This document shows, piece by piece, positions 30,518-46,370 of a DNA stretch of 64,000 nucleotides. The stretch lies in the NCBI RefSeq assembly GCF_009914755.1, contig NC_060926.1; one strand, 5' to 3'. Position 1 is the stretch's first letter; each line of letters starts with the position of its first letter. The stretch comes from the human T2T-CHM13v2.0 reference genome, Homo sapiens. Below the pieces are notes generated by a model. It saw nothing but the letters and a program-made list of their open reading frames with translations. It was not told where the DNA came from and ran no database searches. Position numbers and translations under genes: made by a program.

Positions 30518-30725
30518 AACTGTGCTGTCCAATATGGTAGCCACAGATGGCTATTTAAATTTACATTAATTAAAAGTAAATGAAACGAAAACTTTATCTC
30601 CGCAGTCATACTGGCCACATTTCAAATGCTCGGTAGCTACATGGGCCTAGTTGACTACCATATTGGATGGTGAAGATATAAACCATTTTCCTCATAGCAG
30701 AAAGTTCCATTGGCAAGCACTGTTC
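30518..30725. mobile_element. MER3/MER33-like hAT-Charlie element
   Basis: ctgtgctgtccaatatggtagccac...gccacatttcaaatgctc...gcagaaagttccattgg. Confidence 0.75.
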
Positions 30726-31063
30726 CAGAAGAAAATGGAAGCGAGGCTGTGGTGGGAGAAGGGGAGAGGAGAGGTCCTGGGCTAGACATGGTTCTTCTCT
30801 GCAGAGCGCTCCTAGGAGGGAATGATGTAGCCTTTGCCTTTGATGGGGAGGAATCTTGGTGAGGGGTAGGGGGTGGGGTGGACGTTTCTTAATTGCACAC
30901 TCCCCTTCTATGCAATTCTGGTAAGCGCTCCCACAGGGGACACTCCCAGTGAGGGTGTCAGCCTGCTCTACCCAGGCTTGGAGGACTCCTCCTCCCCAGC
31001 CTCTCACTGGGACATCCGGATCCTGAAGGGGACTGTGGGTTTCTGTCCTTCTCTGGTACCCAG

Positions 31064-31452
<389 letters not shown>

Positions 31453-31676
31453 TGAGTCGTGGGCAGGGAGGGCTGGGGAGAGCCAGGCCAGGCTGCCCAC
31501 CATGGACTGCACCCTCCTTTTGGAGGCAGGCTGGGGTCTGTTGATCCCTCTGCTTGCTCCTGCGCTGGTCATAGGAACTTCCGCTGAACTCTCCCAGGAC
31601 TGAGGCTTGCCAGGCAGCAGTCCTTTCCAGAAGGGCTTGGATGGTCAGACAGTCCTTTATTCTTTTCATTAAAAAA

Positions 31677-32286
<610 letters not shown>

Positions 32287-32932
32287 CAGGCCTTTATTCT
32301 TAAGCCTTCGTTCTGTGTGGTGCCCACTGGGTGTGGCCCCATCCTCAAAGACACCCAGGACAAGCCCATCACCTCCTCTGCACGTGAACCCTTCTCGTGT
32401 CTGGGCTGCTCACACATCCCCTGAGTGGTCCTTTCTCTGTCAGTCCCTCTCAGATCCACGTGGTCCTTCTCCATGTCTATTGCCGCCTTTGCCTCTCTCT
32501 CCTCTCCTTTTCCTGTTTGGTTGGCATTCAACTCTGTGGTGTTTAACTTTTTTTTACTTAAAAAAATTGAAGTATAACATATTATACAGTCAAGCACTCA
32601 AATCTTATGAGCACAACTTGATAAAACTTTATATTTTTACAACTATCCATCAAGCCTCGACTGCCCATCCTCCTTTTGCTGTCTTCAGTTGGCCCCCTTT
32701 TCTCTTTATCTTGGGTGATGTGCTCTTTTGTCCCCGATTATCTCGGAGTGTCCCTAGGTCTCCTTTTCACTGTCTGCCTTGGTCTCTTGCACCCTTCCCT
32801 CCCCACCCCCCATGTCTCTCATTGTTGGTTGGGGTGAGGCTGACATAGGCAGGGGTGCTCTCCAGGAGGTGGTAGATGGATGGGGGCCTCTCCAGCAGAG
32901 CAGCAGAGACTCTGACCAGCCCTCCTCCACAG

Positions 32933-33047
32933 TCTGCTCCATGACATGGACGCCGGTCACCTGAGCTTCGTGGAAGAGGTGTTTGAGAACCAGACCCGGC
33001 TTCCCGGAGGCCAGTGGATCTACATGAGTGACAACTACACCGATGTG
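32933..33047 (+). CDS. DYSF: Dysferlin exon 27 (115 nt): [38 protein letters not shown]
   Basis: ccacag acceptor and GTG|gtaaag donor. FENQ marks the start of the inner DysF. Confidence 0.97.
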
Positions 33048-33341
33048 GTAAAGCAGGCACTCAGGGGCAGGTGGGGTCTAGACATTTGGTCTCTGGAGGC
33101 ACCTGGTGCTCAGGGACAGGTGGGGCATGTTTCTCTTTGCCCCCTCTTACCTCCGGAGCCTTCATGCTTTGATTTCCAAAGGGAAAGTGTGGGGTGCAGT
33201 GGTGGCAGGACACTGACTCTGGGGCTCTGCCCTTCTGTCTGGGACTTGGAGGACGTATGTTGTCAAGTTGCATCTTTTCTGCCTCCCTGCTCACATCTGT
33301 CTGTCTCCTCTCATTGCTTGCCTGTTCGGTTTTGTCCTTAG

Positions 33342-33563
<222 letters not shown>

Positions 33564-33711
33564 TGAAGGCACCCCCCACTCCAAGCTGCAAATTAGGACC
33601 GAGAGTCAGTGGCCGCTCAAGAGTCTGTGACCATGCCCCAAATTCAGAGATGGTCCCAGGAGAGATGGGGGGAACTGCCAAGCAATGAGTGACCGGTTCC
33701 CCCTCCCCCAG

Positions 33712-33854
33712 GCTGGGAGTATAGCATCACCATCCCCCCGGAGCGGAAGCCGAAGCACTGGGTCCCTGCTGAGAAGATGTACTACACACACCGACGGCGG
33801 CGCTGGGTGCGCCTGCGCAGGAGGGATCTCAGCCAAATGGAAGCACTGAAAAGG
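33712..33854 (+). CDS. DYSF: Dysferlin exon 29 (143 nt), inner DysF C-half: [48 protein letters not shown]
   Basis: cccag acceptor and AGG|gtgagc donor. Shows the GWEY...RRRRWxR motif. Confidence 0.97.
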
Positions 33855-33992
33855 GTGAGCCAGCAGGTGGTGGGTGGGAGTGAGGCCTGTGGTCACAGGT
33901 GGCCAGTAGGCACAGATGCAGACCTGCATGCCCACAGACACATGCATGTGTGCACACAGCATGCACAGACACCTGGGACTCACTGGAGGTGC

Positions 33993-35509
33993 TCACAGAT
34001 CACACCCAGCATACCCAAAGATCACACCCAGCATACACACAGATCACACCCAGCATACCCAAAGATCACACCCAGCATACACACAGATCACACCCAGCAC
34101 ACAGATCACACTGGGAACACCCACAGATCACACTCAGCACACACACAGATTACACCCAGCACACACACAGATCACACCCAGCACACAGATTACACCCAGC
34201 ACACACACAGATCACACCCAGCACACAGATCACACCCACAGATCACACCCAGCGCATGCACAGATCACACCCAGCACACCCAAAGATCACACCCAGCACA
34301 CACACACAGATCACACCCAACACACCCACAGTTCACACTCAGCACACACAGATCACACCCAACACACCCACAGTTCACATGCAGCACACCCACAGTTCAC
34401 ACCTAGCACACACAGATTACACCTAGCACACCCAGCACACGCACAGCTCACACCCAGCACACCCACAGATCACACCCAGCACATGCACAGATCACAGTCA
34501 GCACACACAGATCACACCCAGCACACACAGATCACAGTCAGCACACACAGATCACACCCAGCACACACACAGATCACACCCAGCACACACACATCACACC
34601 CAGCACGCACAGATCACACCCACCACACACAGCTCACACCCAGCACACACACATCACACCCAGCACACGCACAGATCACACCCACCACACACAGATCACA
34701 CCCAGCACACACAGCTCACACCCAGCACACACACAGATCACACCCAGCACATGCAGAGATCACACACAGATCACACCCAGCACACCCACAGATCACACCC
34801 AGCACATGCACAGATCACAGTCAGCACACACAGATCACACCCAGCACACACACAGATCACAGTCAGCACACACAGATCACACCCAGCACACACACAGATC
34901 ACACCCAGCACACACAGCTCACACCCAGCACACACACATCACACCCAGCACATGCACAGATCACACCCACCACACACAGATCACACCCAGCACACACAGC
35001 TCACACCCAGCACACACACAGATCACACCCAGCACATGCACAGATCACACACAGATCACACCCAGCACACCCACAGATCACACCGAGCATGGATCACATC
35101 CAGCACACCCAGCACAGATCACACTCAGCACACACACATTACACCTAGCACACCCACAGATCACACCCAGCACACACACAGATCACACCCAGCACACCCA
35201 CAGATCATACCCAGCACACCCACAGATCATACCCAGCACAGATCACACCCAGCACACCCACAGATCACACCCAGCATGGATCACACCCAGCACACCCAGC
35301 ACAGATTACATCCAGCACACCCAGCACAGATCACACCCAGCACATGCACAGATCACAACCAGCACAGATCACACCTAGCACACCCACAGATCACAACCAG
35401 CACAGATCACACCTAGCACACCCACAGATCACACCCAGCACACAGAAATCACACCCAGCACACCCACAGATCACACCCAGCACAGATCACACCCAGCACA
35501 CCCACAGAT
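33993..35509 (+). repeat. CA-rich minisatellite, unit ~20-22 bp (CACAGATCACACCCAGCACA), roughly 70 degenerate copies
   Basis: Directly visible tandem array. It explains the repetitive TDHTQH/RSHPAH/QITPST ORFs in all three + frames. Confidence 0.97.
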
Positions 35510-35604
35510 GCTTATAGACAGACACACTCAGATGCCCATGATTACAGAAGGTCACATGCAAAGTTCACACACCAACCTGGAAGATGGAAAGACACCCATG
35601 GACT

Positions 35605-35900
35605 TTGTCTTAGGCTGGGTTTCCTGGAGGCAGAAGCTAAGACGTAGATTTGGCTGCACATTATTGGGGCAGTGCCCTCGGGAGTGTGAGGAGCAAGGAT
35701 GCAGCTTCAGGCAGGTCAGCTGTGGCCTGAGCTGTGGCCTGGGGAAGTTCACAACTCGGAACACCACAGAATCCTCACCTGGAGGCAGGGCTGGGCTTTG
35801 TATCCTCTCAGCCATCTGTCTAGGCTTGGGGTTGCTGGGGTGAGCTGGGGCACATACCTATCTCTTCAGTGAGGGGGTTTCCTTTAGCATGGGGGTTCCC
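35605..35900. mobile_element. Possible old ERVL-type LTR fragment (LTR16/LTR33-like)
   Basis: tgtcttaggctgggtttcctggaggcagaagctaagacgtagatttgg resembles those LTR ends from memory. Confidence 0.35.
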
Positions 35901-36805
35901 TGGAGCAGGTGGCTTCTGGGAGCTGGGAGCTGTCGATGCTGATGGCAGCTGGGGATGGGTGCGCCACACGTGTACATTGGCTGGTGAGGGGGCTGGGGTG
36001 GGCCCCGTTGGCATTCATGCAATGCAAGCACACATGCCCACAGTTGAGCACAGATGCCATGGGATACTGTCAGGCCCATCGTGCACATGGATGAGCACAC
36101 GCAAGCACATGCACTTGCTCCGGGGTCACACAGGGGCCTGTGCACTGCACAGCCTCTGTGCCCGCCTGTCCTGGACCTTCTTGGTCTATGATCTTCCTTC
36201 CTAAACACACATTTGAATTTTGGCTCAAGAACCAGACCTCCCTTAGTCCAGGAGTAGCCTGTGGCATGACCTAGGTTCCTTCCTTTCTCCTTGGGGGCAG
36301 AGAACCTAGAGAGGACTCTTGCTGGCTCCAGGGAGGGGCAAGGCTTTTGGACAACCAGCTGTTCCTGGTGCTGTGAACCAGACAGATTCAACTTTCTCCC
36401 TGAAGGGGCACCCAGCAGACAGAGGCAAAGCCTGCCCAGGCTCATGTGCCTTGCCCACCACCCCACAGCCAGCATCCTTCCTGGAGAGTGGCACAGCTGG
36501 CCTCCAGGACTGGCCCTTGTCACTGTGCTCCTGGCCCAGACCTGAGGTGGTGTCTGACAACAGTGCCAGGTCACCCTCTCCCAGGAGCTGAATGGCAAGG
36601 GGGCTCCCGGGACTCCCTTCAGGCCCAGGAAAGGGACCCCATGAACGAGGTACAGGGGTGCCTCCATAGCTGAGTTGGGTCTAGCTCCCAGGGGTGAAAT
36701 TGGCTGTGGTTGGGAAATAGGATCTTCCTTTTACCTCTGAGCTGCAGACCCACTACAGGATGTGAAGATGAAAAAGGAAATGACAAGAAAACTTTGGATT
36801 CATGA

Positions 36806-37209
<404 letters not shown>

Positions 37210-37212
37210 TAG

Positions 37213-37566
<354 letters not shown>

Positions 37567-40325
37567 TGATGTGGGAGAGGCACAGGGACCCCAGGTTAGG
37601 ACTTTTGGATGGAACGCTGGCTGGTCATCCTGGCGTCAGTACCTGTGGGGTGGCATGTGGGGAAAGCAGCCCCAGTCTGGGTGTTCTTCTAAAATGAAAA
37701 AGCTCCTTCCTTGGCACTGAAACACTTGCTGCTACTACTTTGAGGTGTCAAGATGAAAGCAGAGGGGAAGATGGCCTTGGCCGTCTGGCTGGCCTGTGCC
37801 TGGCTGGCTGGTGTGAAGATGGGCGAGGAGGCCCATGGGAGGAGTGAGAGAGTTCTTGTGGCCCCAGAGTGTCCTTGGTTGCATGTGCATCCTCTTGAGG
37901 CAGAGACCATCTCATGGTCATCCCCAGCAATTTTGGGGAAGAGGTGTGCCTTAGAAGCTGAGCCCCAGGATGACTTTCCTGCCCAGGGTGCGCTTTCTGT
38001 AGCCAGTGGAACTGGGGTAGGCTCAAGGTTCTCCAGGGCCGGGGTGACGGGCTCCCCAAAAGAGACGAGCAGGTGTCTCGGGGACAGTCTGAGCGAGCAC
38101 TCGGTACTGGCACACAGCCAGTCCCCACTCTGCTGCTCTGGGGAAGGAGCTGCTCCCTCTGAAATCCAGCCAGGACTGGCACCTCCCTAGGGGTTTGGGC
38201 TGGGGCCCTAGGGAGCAAGCCCCATGGGACGTGAGGGTGTCCATGTGAAGCCAGCTGTGTGGTTGGGGTCAGGCTGGGCACCTATCTGTAGGACAGCCTG
38301 GCTTTGAAGGCTGGAGGAGTGCTGTGGGGTGGCTCAGGATCTGTTGGGCTGGCCACTGGCAGGGAGGTGAAGCCAGCAGTGGCCCTGAGAGGGAGTGGGT
38401 GGGCTGGGGAGGCTCTGTCAGTCTCAGGCCTCGATGGTGGGCAAGGCCCAACAGTGGCAGTATAGGAGAGGAAGCTCTCTGGGGGCCTGAGGACGTCAGA
38501 GGAGCCTGCCATAGGCTTCGGAGAGAGCCCCTCCCTTGCCCTGGGGCCAGGTCAAGGGGAGGCTGAGGGGAGATAGCAGAGCTCTCGGCTCTCTGGGCTA
38601 TGGACTGGTCTTCCGGCCAGGGTCGGGCAGGATAGGATGGAATTGCTGCCCAGGTCAGAGCAGCTGGGGAGCCTTCTGGGGTGGGGCTGGTGTTCTGTGG
38701 CCCCCTCTGCTTTGAGTCAGAAAGGGCCTGGCCTGGGCACTGGGCAGGGGCTGGTGATGATCCTGCGGCTCTAGCTGAGGGGTGGGGTATAAAGACCTTG
38801 GCAGGCCTCAGAGTCAGGGCCAGGTCTGAGAAGGCCAGGAAAGCACCCTGTGTAATCAGGATCTGTTTTCATCAGCCAGAGCTCTACTCAAAGGGGCTGA
38901 GAAGAAAAGTGGTTTGTGGGCTCACAGAGCTGGGAAGAACCCGAGAGGTGAAGCAGGCATTAGGCCTGGCAGGAAACAGGTTCATACAGTGTCCCCAGGA
39001 CTCGCACCCCTGTCTTGGCCTTGTCTCACACGGGCTCTCTCTGTGTGGTAGCAAAGATGCTGCTGGTGACGAAAGGCCAACATCATCCCTCCAGCCAGCA
39101 AAGTCCTGCTAGATAAAGTAGCCCAGCCCACAGCGCCACACTCTGTTTTCCATGCAGCTGGAGACCCCTGAGTGCTGCCTTCTCAGTAATGTCAGTGAAG
39201 TCTTCGGCATGACTGACCAGCTCAGCCTGGTGGTGCCCAGCCAGCCCCTGCACCTGGGTGAGGGATGGAGCGTTCTGATTGGCCGGCATGGGCCATGCCC
39301 CTTCTCTGTGATTGACAGTGCCACCAGATTGGGGAGAGGAGCTTCTGAAAACAAAAACAAAAAACAAAAACCAAAGCAATGTTGGGCAAAGAGCTCCAGA
39401 TGGTCCAGACGGTGACCAGAGCAGTAGGGAGCCAGTATGAGTTGTTGACAAGAAGAGTGCTCTGGTCAGAGCTAGGCTTTAGGACCATCAGTCAAGCAGC
39501 CATGGAGGATGCTTGGGAGGCAGAGCCTCCCATCAGGAAACCCCAGGAGTCTTGTGTAGAGATCCAGGAGAGGTGACCACCTGGCGTGAGGCCGTGGGGC
39601 TGAGGTGGAGGGAGGTGGGACTGAAGGGTTTGGGGAGGGAAGGGCCAGAGGTGGACAGTGGGGACCCTGTGGTTGCCAGGCCGCAGGGCGGGGTGGGGCG
39701 GGCTGTGATGAGTTCACGGTTGGCCCTGGCAAGGCTGACACACACGGTGAAGTGCTGTGTGAGGGAGACAGAGCTGACGGCTGCCTGCCAGGCGGCCCAG
39801 GGCAGGAAGGCTGGAGCGGGGAGCCGAGGGGGCCGGGAGTGGGGAAGAGGTGACTGGAGACACGTGGACAAAGCGTGGATGGACCCTGGGGCTGGCTAGG
39901 GCCTGGAGGAAGAAAGTGACAAGGCTGGGGGACCCAGGCCAAGCTTTCATGGCTCAGCGCCTGGGAGAATGAGGGGGGGCACTTCCCAGAAGCAGAGAGA
40001 CCGATCTGCGTATTCTTCTTGTGGAAGAGACTGTCCTGAGGGATCACTGAAACTAGGCGTGAAGTCAGCAGCCATGGGCGGGTGATGGATTGTAATTCAC
40101 CTGTGACTTGCCTATGATACATGGAAGAGACCAAAGTGGCAAAGCCCCGAGTCCTGGGACAGCTTGGCTGGCAGAGAGAACCAGAAAGGGAGGCGGTGGC
40201 TTCAGAGGGCAGATCCCACAGACCTGCAGCTGGAGGACCAGAGAGTTTTGGAAGGTTTAGGTGTGTCTGGCATTTGGACGGGGCCACAGGCCCACTTGAC
40301 TGTCTGGAAGACTCTATACCTGAGT

Positions 40326-40835
40326 GACACACACTCACACACTGTCTTACACACCAGCACACACACCAACACACACTCATACACACCAACACACACACTC
40401 TTTCCACTCATACACAACACACTCTGTTACACGAACACACACACCAACACAGTCTCTCTCCACACATTCATACACACCAATAAGCACACTAACGCACACA
40501 TACACACTCATACAACACCCCCACACACTAACACCCATACACACTAACACCTACACAATCACACTCTCACACATACCCTCACACACACCAACACACTCTC
40601 TACACACTCCCATATATACCAACACACACACACAGCCCCACTCTCATGCAGCCCCCCCACTCTCACACTAACACGTACACAATCACACACATACCCTCAC
40701 ACACACCAACACACTCATACACACCAACACATAGACACACACACATTCTGACATACACTCTCTTACACTCACACATACACAATCATATGCACACGCACCC
40801 ACACACACTCTTTCACACTCACACTCCCCCTCCAC
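40326..40835 (+). repeat. Degenerate (CA)-rich low-complexity tract
   Basis: About 500 bp of acacacc/actcatac/accaacac units. Confidence 0.92.
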
Positions 40836-41209
40836 AGTCACGTTTCCGTCTTCCTGCTGGGACCCAGAATGGTTTGGGCTCCCGCTGCTGAGCTGCTGTC
40901 TTTGTCCCGGGATGTCCTGATGCCCCAGCACAGCACTGGGGCTAAGGTCCTCCCTGCCTCCTGGGGAAGGTGGTTGGATTTTCTGGGTGCTAGGACCCGG
41001 CTTCTGTCCTGAGAGCTGGTCTTTGCCCACGGGTCCCTGATGCCTGGTGATTCATTGGTGGGATGGGTGAGGCCTCTGTGGCTTGAATTCTGCTTTCCCT
41101 GCTTACTAGCTGTGGACGGGTCACTCATGCCATTAGCAACTCTGTTACCTCACTCGTGCAAGTAACTGAATCCCAGGGCCATTTTAAGGATGAATGACGA
41201 TGCATGTAG

Positions 41210-41370
41210 TGAAGCACTTCTCAGACTTAGCAAAAGCAGGCACCGTCTGGGGATATTGTTAAAATGCAGACTCTGATTCAGGGTCTGGTGGGCCCCGAGA
41301 ATCTCTGTGTCTAACAAGCCTCCACATGATGCTGATGCTGCTGGTCCAGGGGCCATCTCGGAGTAGCACA
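41210..41370. mobile_element. MER5A-like element
   Basis: ttgttaaaatgcagactctgattcag...tctaacaagcctcc...tgatgctgatgctgctggtcc. Confidence 0.7.
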
Positions 41371-42809
41371 GATGTGAAGTACAAAGTGCCTCATCAAGAT
41401 GGGGCTCCCATTGGCCCCCTACTTGGGTGCCCTTCTGAGAGAGGCAGAGCATGTGCATTCCTGCTGGGAGGTGTGTGGCCAGGGTCCTGGAGAGGGAGGT
41501 ATGGCAAGATGACATGTTCTCCCTGCTGCTTGGTGGGGGAAATGTGGTCTTTACTTCTAATGATCCCCTGATCTGATGGTGGAGGCCTGGCTCATGGGGA
41601 ACTCCTGTCTGATCAAGAAGAGAGATGTTCACATGTGAGTGCAACTAAACCCCTAGAATCTGCGTCTTTGAAGTGTTGGAGGTAGAATAAGAGTCATTCC
41701 AGAGTGGCAGTGTCTAATGAGGGGAGGCTTCTTGAAGAAGGATGTTGGGAGGCAGGCCTTGCAGGGGCTGGGGAAAGACCGTGGGTGGAAGCCAGGTAGC
41801 CTTGCTGGTAATCTGACAGTTCTGGACCAGGTCTGTGGTGCCCCCTTGCCTCCTGCCACCTTTTCCCTGACCCAACACGTCCACCAGCGAGCTGGGCCTT
41901 GCCTGCCAGCTCCCCTCTGGAAGACGTCTTGTTGGAAGGCAGGCCCTGTCTGCTCATTAGCACGGGCAGCCTTTCCCTGAAACCTTCTGCAGGGGCCAAG
42001 CCTGGCTCCTTCCACGGAGCGGGAGGCCCTGGCTCCGTCTGCTAATCGTCTGCTGTCTCCATCCCGAGCATTATTTTATTTTCGTATTATTCTTTTTCCA
42101 GCTAATATCCTGGCATTTCCAAAGACACCGGGTTTCATAATCTTCCTGGCGTTCCCAGGGAGCTGGGAAGCAGAGCACAAAGCCGCTATTATAGCGCGTT
42201 CCATCCAGCCTCCCTCTCCACCCCACACCCCCTGTGGCCACAGCAGCCACCACCGCCGCCTCCCACCCAGTCACCCCCTCCTGACGCCACCGGCCTCTCT
42301 GGGAACTCTGGTGACGGCTGCCGGGATGAGCTCACAGAATCCATCCTGTTGCCCTTGCCCTGGGCCTGCCCTCCATGATCGAGGATTTTTCCAAGCCCTG
42401 CCTCTGTGCTTGGCTTGAGTGTTGGGAAAGGTTCTCTGAGATGCCTGGGCCTGGCAGGGAGGGGAGGGACAGAAACGTCGGCAACGTGTGCTCAGAGTCT
42501 TGGAGATTTTTGCTGCTGGAAGAAACTTTCATTTTCTAAAGGCGTGCCTGATCTGCCTTGGGAGCTGTAGGAGCATCTTGATATTGGATGGAAAGTTGTG
42601 CATGTGTACGCACGCATGTATGATCTGGTGTAAGGGCCATGGTTTTATCCAATGCTCCAGGGGATCCAGGACCCCATAGAGGATAAGAATTATTAATATT
42701 CACTTTACCACGTGCTAAAAACCAGGCTTTATATGCGTCATCTCATAGTGACCCCAGAAGGCTGGATTCTATTATTAGCCCCATTTTACAGTTGGGGAGA
42801 CTGAGGCTC

Positions 42810-43025
42810 TAGAGCTGCACTCTCCCACACAGTAGCCACTAGCCGTGGGTGGCTACTTAAGTTTACAGTTAAAGTAATCAGAATAAGAAAATTTGATTCC
42901 CCAATCAGACAGGCCACATTTCCAGTGCTCAGTAGCCACACCTGCCGAGTGGCCAGCTACCACATTGGGCAGTGCAGCCATTGACGGTTTGATCATTGCA
43001 GGAAGGTCTGCTGGACAGTGCTGCT
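42810..43025. mobile_element. MER3/MER33-like element
   Basis: cagtagccactagcc...gccacatttccagtgctcagtagccac...tgctggacagtgctg. Confidence 0.7.
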
Positions 43026-44130
43026 CTGGAATGACTCCGAGCCCTAATGTCACCTTGGAAGAGGCCTGAGTGGGGATGTCCAGCAGCACAGCACGAGTCA
43101 GTGCTTAACCAAGGTCCAGGCAGTGGCTCTTCTGCCCCTCTCTCCAGGTGTCCCCTGACCAGCAGCCAAACCCCATCTGGCGCTTTCATTCCCCCACTTC
43201 TATGAGGGCATCATGTCTCTCCTGCTCCATGGAGTCCCTTTGTGGTGGGGTCCCAGGGTGGGAGGATTGGATGCTGCTGGCTAGAGGCCTCTGCCCTGGG
43301 CAGGCTTCTCCTCACCTGATAGCCAGGCAGCTTGGCAGTCCTGGGGCAGTCGGGCAGCTAGAGAGGAGCTGGCCCCCCGGCCCCAACCCTGGGAAACCTC
43401 CAGAGGGTTGGTGGAGGCCAGCATCCCGACTGCAGTAGAGAGGACCCTCAGAGACAGGCAGCTCAAGCCTGGGCCGGCGAGGCAAGGCCAGTTGGGAGTC
43501 AGAAGTGCAGGGATGTGGGTCAGGGAAAGGCTGGTTCCAGAGAGGAGTAATTTGGGTCTTGAGCTGGCTGAAAAGGAGGTCAGATGTGGATGGGGAGGGA
43601 GGGGCGGCTCTGCGCCTGAAGGAAGCCATGCTGTGGGCAGGGGACCCAGGCTTGGTTCCCAGAGCTGGCACTGTGAGCAAGGGCAGGCCCTGGGAGGTGC
43701 GAGGGGTTTACCTCATTAGGAAACAAGACCTATGGCTGGGGCTGGGGCTGGGGTGTTGAAAGGCAGCTCTGTGGATCTCTGGACTCTGTTTCTTGAATAT
43801 TCACGTTGAGCACCTGTTCTATACCTGGCATTGTGCTAGCATGGGCGGCTTGAGGGCTGGATCTCCTCTCAAGCAGAGGCCTCGCTGCTCTTCCTACTGC
43901 CCCTCAGTAGGGGACAATTTGGGTAACTCTAAATGCGTGGACCCTGCATCTGTCTCGCTCAAGATTTGAACCCCAAGGTCTGGAGGATTCGATTGCGTGT
44001 CCATGTGCCTCAGGCAAAATGCCAGCGCCCAGATTCATGGCTGCAGAGGAGTGTGTTACAGTTGGGCACATGTGTTGAGTATCACCCATGTGGGTCATTG
44101 TACATGCATGAGGGTCTTCATCTGTCATTG

Positions 44131-44245
44131 CTAGAGTGACCATATAATTTACTGTCCAGTCTGGAACACTATTAATAATCACACTGGAAAAGCAGGCGTA
44201 AGTAGGACCATTCCAGGCAAACTGGGCCATAGAGTTGTCCTAATT
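44131..44245. mobile_element. MER94-like hAT element
   Basis: tagagtgaccatataatttactgtccag...ccaggcaaactggg. Confidence 0.55.
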
Positions 44246-44923
44246 ACCAAGGCACCCTGGCGTGGGATGAAACCTGCTCCAGTGTTCTCTGCAACATCCG
44301 CATGTGGAGACATGGAAACCCTAGAGGGACAAGCACACACGCATACACGCTCGCGCCAGCCCACACGTGGCATCGTGGATTCTCCAGGTTTCCTGATTCC
44401 ACCCTCAGCTCCCCAGGGGCCAGCCAGTAGTTTTGCAAGGAGTTTAGCAGCTGCTTCCAAGCCCTGGCTCCAGCTGTAAATTAAATGGGGTTGCACTCTC
44501 GCCTGCTATTCCACTTAAGGTTGCAATCAGCCCTGATTAGAAAGGGAGTCTGTGTGTTCCTGTGTTCCGTTCTGTCTTTTAAAGGGTTCCCCTCCTTTGG
44601 CCTGGGCTCCTGGCCTGTGTGGGGTTTCCCTGCAAGCTGAGGCTGGAGCAGCCAGGGAAATGAAGTGGGCCCTGGGTTCCCCACAGCCCTGACTTGGCAT
44701 TCAACCATCTGTAGCTCCAGAACTTTGCTCAGGTGCTTTGAGCTCTGATGGGGTAGTAGGAGCCTGGGAAGAGCCTTGAGAGTGGGCAGGAGGACCCCAG
44801 GTTCTGCCAGCTAATTTGCTGTGTAGCCCCAGGGAAGACCTTAACCTCTCTGGGCCCCAGTTTTCTTGCTTATCAGGTGGGAATGCTAAAAACACAACAA
44901 AAATAATAACCTCTTCTTATGGA

Positions 44924-45425
<502 letters not shown>

Positions 45426-45751
45426 CTAGGGCATGTACCGTGGGCCAGCCATTGCCTTCTGCCCTGTCCACATAGTATCTCATTTAACCCTTCCAGCAGT
45501 TCTAGGAGATAGGGTCTGTCAGCACTCCCATTCCATTTTACACTTAAGCAAACTGAGGTAACCGAGAAGCCAAGTAGTAATTGTTTAGCTGTGTTTCCTC
45601 CCATGAATATTGTGAAAAATTTTATGGATAATGGTTGGGTTGTGCAGGGTTTGTAGTAGTGTACACTACATCATCATGTTGGCATTTGGATGTCCCAGCA
45701 AAGCCTATAGTGAAGAGAGTGAAGATGGTGAAGACCTGGAAGATCACCCTA

Positions 45752-46172
45752 GAACTGTGCTGGTCAATGTTTAACAACCAGGTCTCCAGAACAAAACAAA
45801 ACAAAACAATCCCCAGCCCTGGTTTGTAGCATTTGCTGATTTCCATGGTGTAGCTGTTCCTGCCATGACCAATTTCAAGCTAGCAATGTGGCACCACTGA
45901 ACACAGAGCTGGGAAGAGACGGGCAGTAGCACACTGATACATAATATTTCCATCACAGATACATGAGATGGAAGCAGCCTCAGGAGCAGAGATAACGGGA
46001 AAAGGTAGTACAAAAATTAGAATGGGCCAGGCGTGGTGGCTCATGCCTGTAATCTCAGCACTTTGGGAGGCTGAGGTGGGAGGATTGCTTGAACCCAGGG
46101 AGGTTAAGGCTGCAGTGAGCTGTGATTGCGCCACTGCACTCCAGCTTGGGTGACAGAGCAAGACTCCATCTC

Positions 46173-46204
<32 letters not shown>

Positions 46205-46370
46205 TTAGAATGATTTCAAGTATTTACCACCTTGAGTTTTTAAATATAGTTTCTTTAGTGGTAAATGTATATGATTTAATTTTTACTAATGGCTGTGTTT
46301 AACAACTGGCTTGCAGAATTCCTGAAAATATAATCTGCTCTCGTGAACCACATGCGCTCACTCCAGCACC
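45752..46370. mobile_element. MER63-like hAT element split by an Alu monomer
   Basis: tgtgctggtcaatgtttaacaacc...ggtttgtagcatttgctgatttcc...gtgtttaacaactggcttgcagaattcctg. Confidence 0.6.
46025..46201 (+). mobile_element. Monomeric Alu (FRAM/AluJ-like), sense
   Basis: Single arm with an A-tail. TSD aaattagaatg at 46014-46024 and 46202-46212. Confidence 0.9.

Noticed and set aside
33777-35416. Long ORFs (up to 410 aa) rich in H/T/Q, and a superficially CRISPR-like repeat array
   Set aside because: They come from a stop-poor minisatellite that is open in all three frames. The units are contiguous with no unique spacers, and there are no cas genes in this human intron.
39472-40407. 311-aa minus-strand ORF
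   Set aside because: It starts in the TG low-complexity tract and has no recognisable motif. Expected by chance at this GC content.
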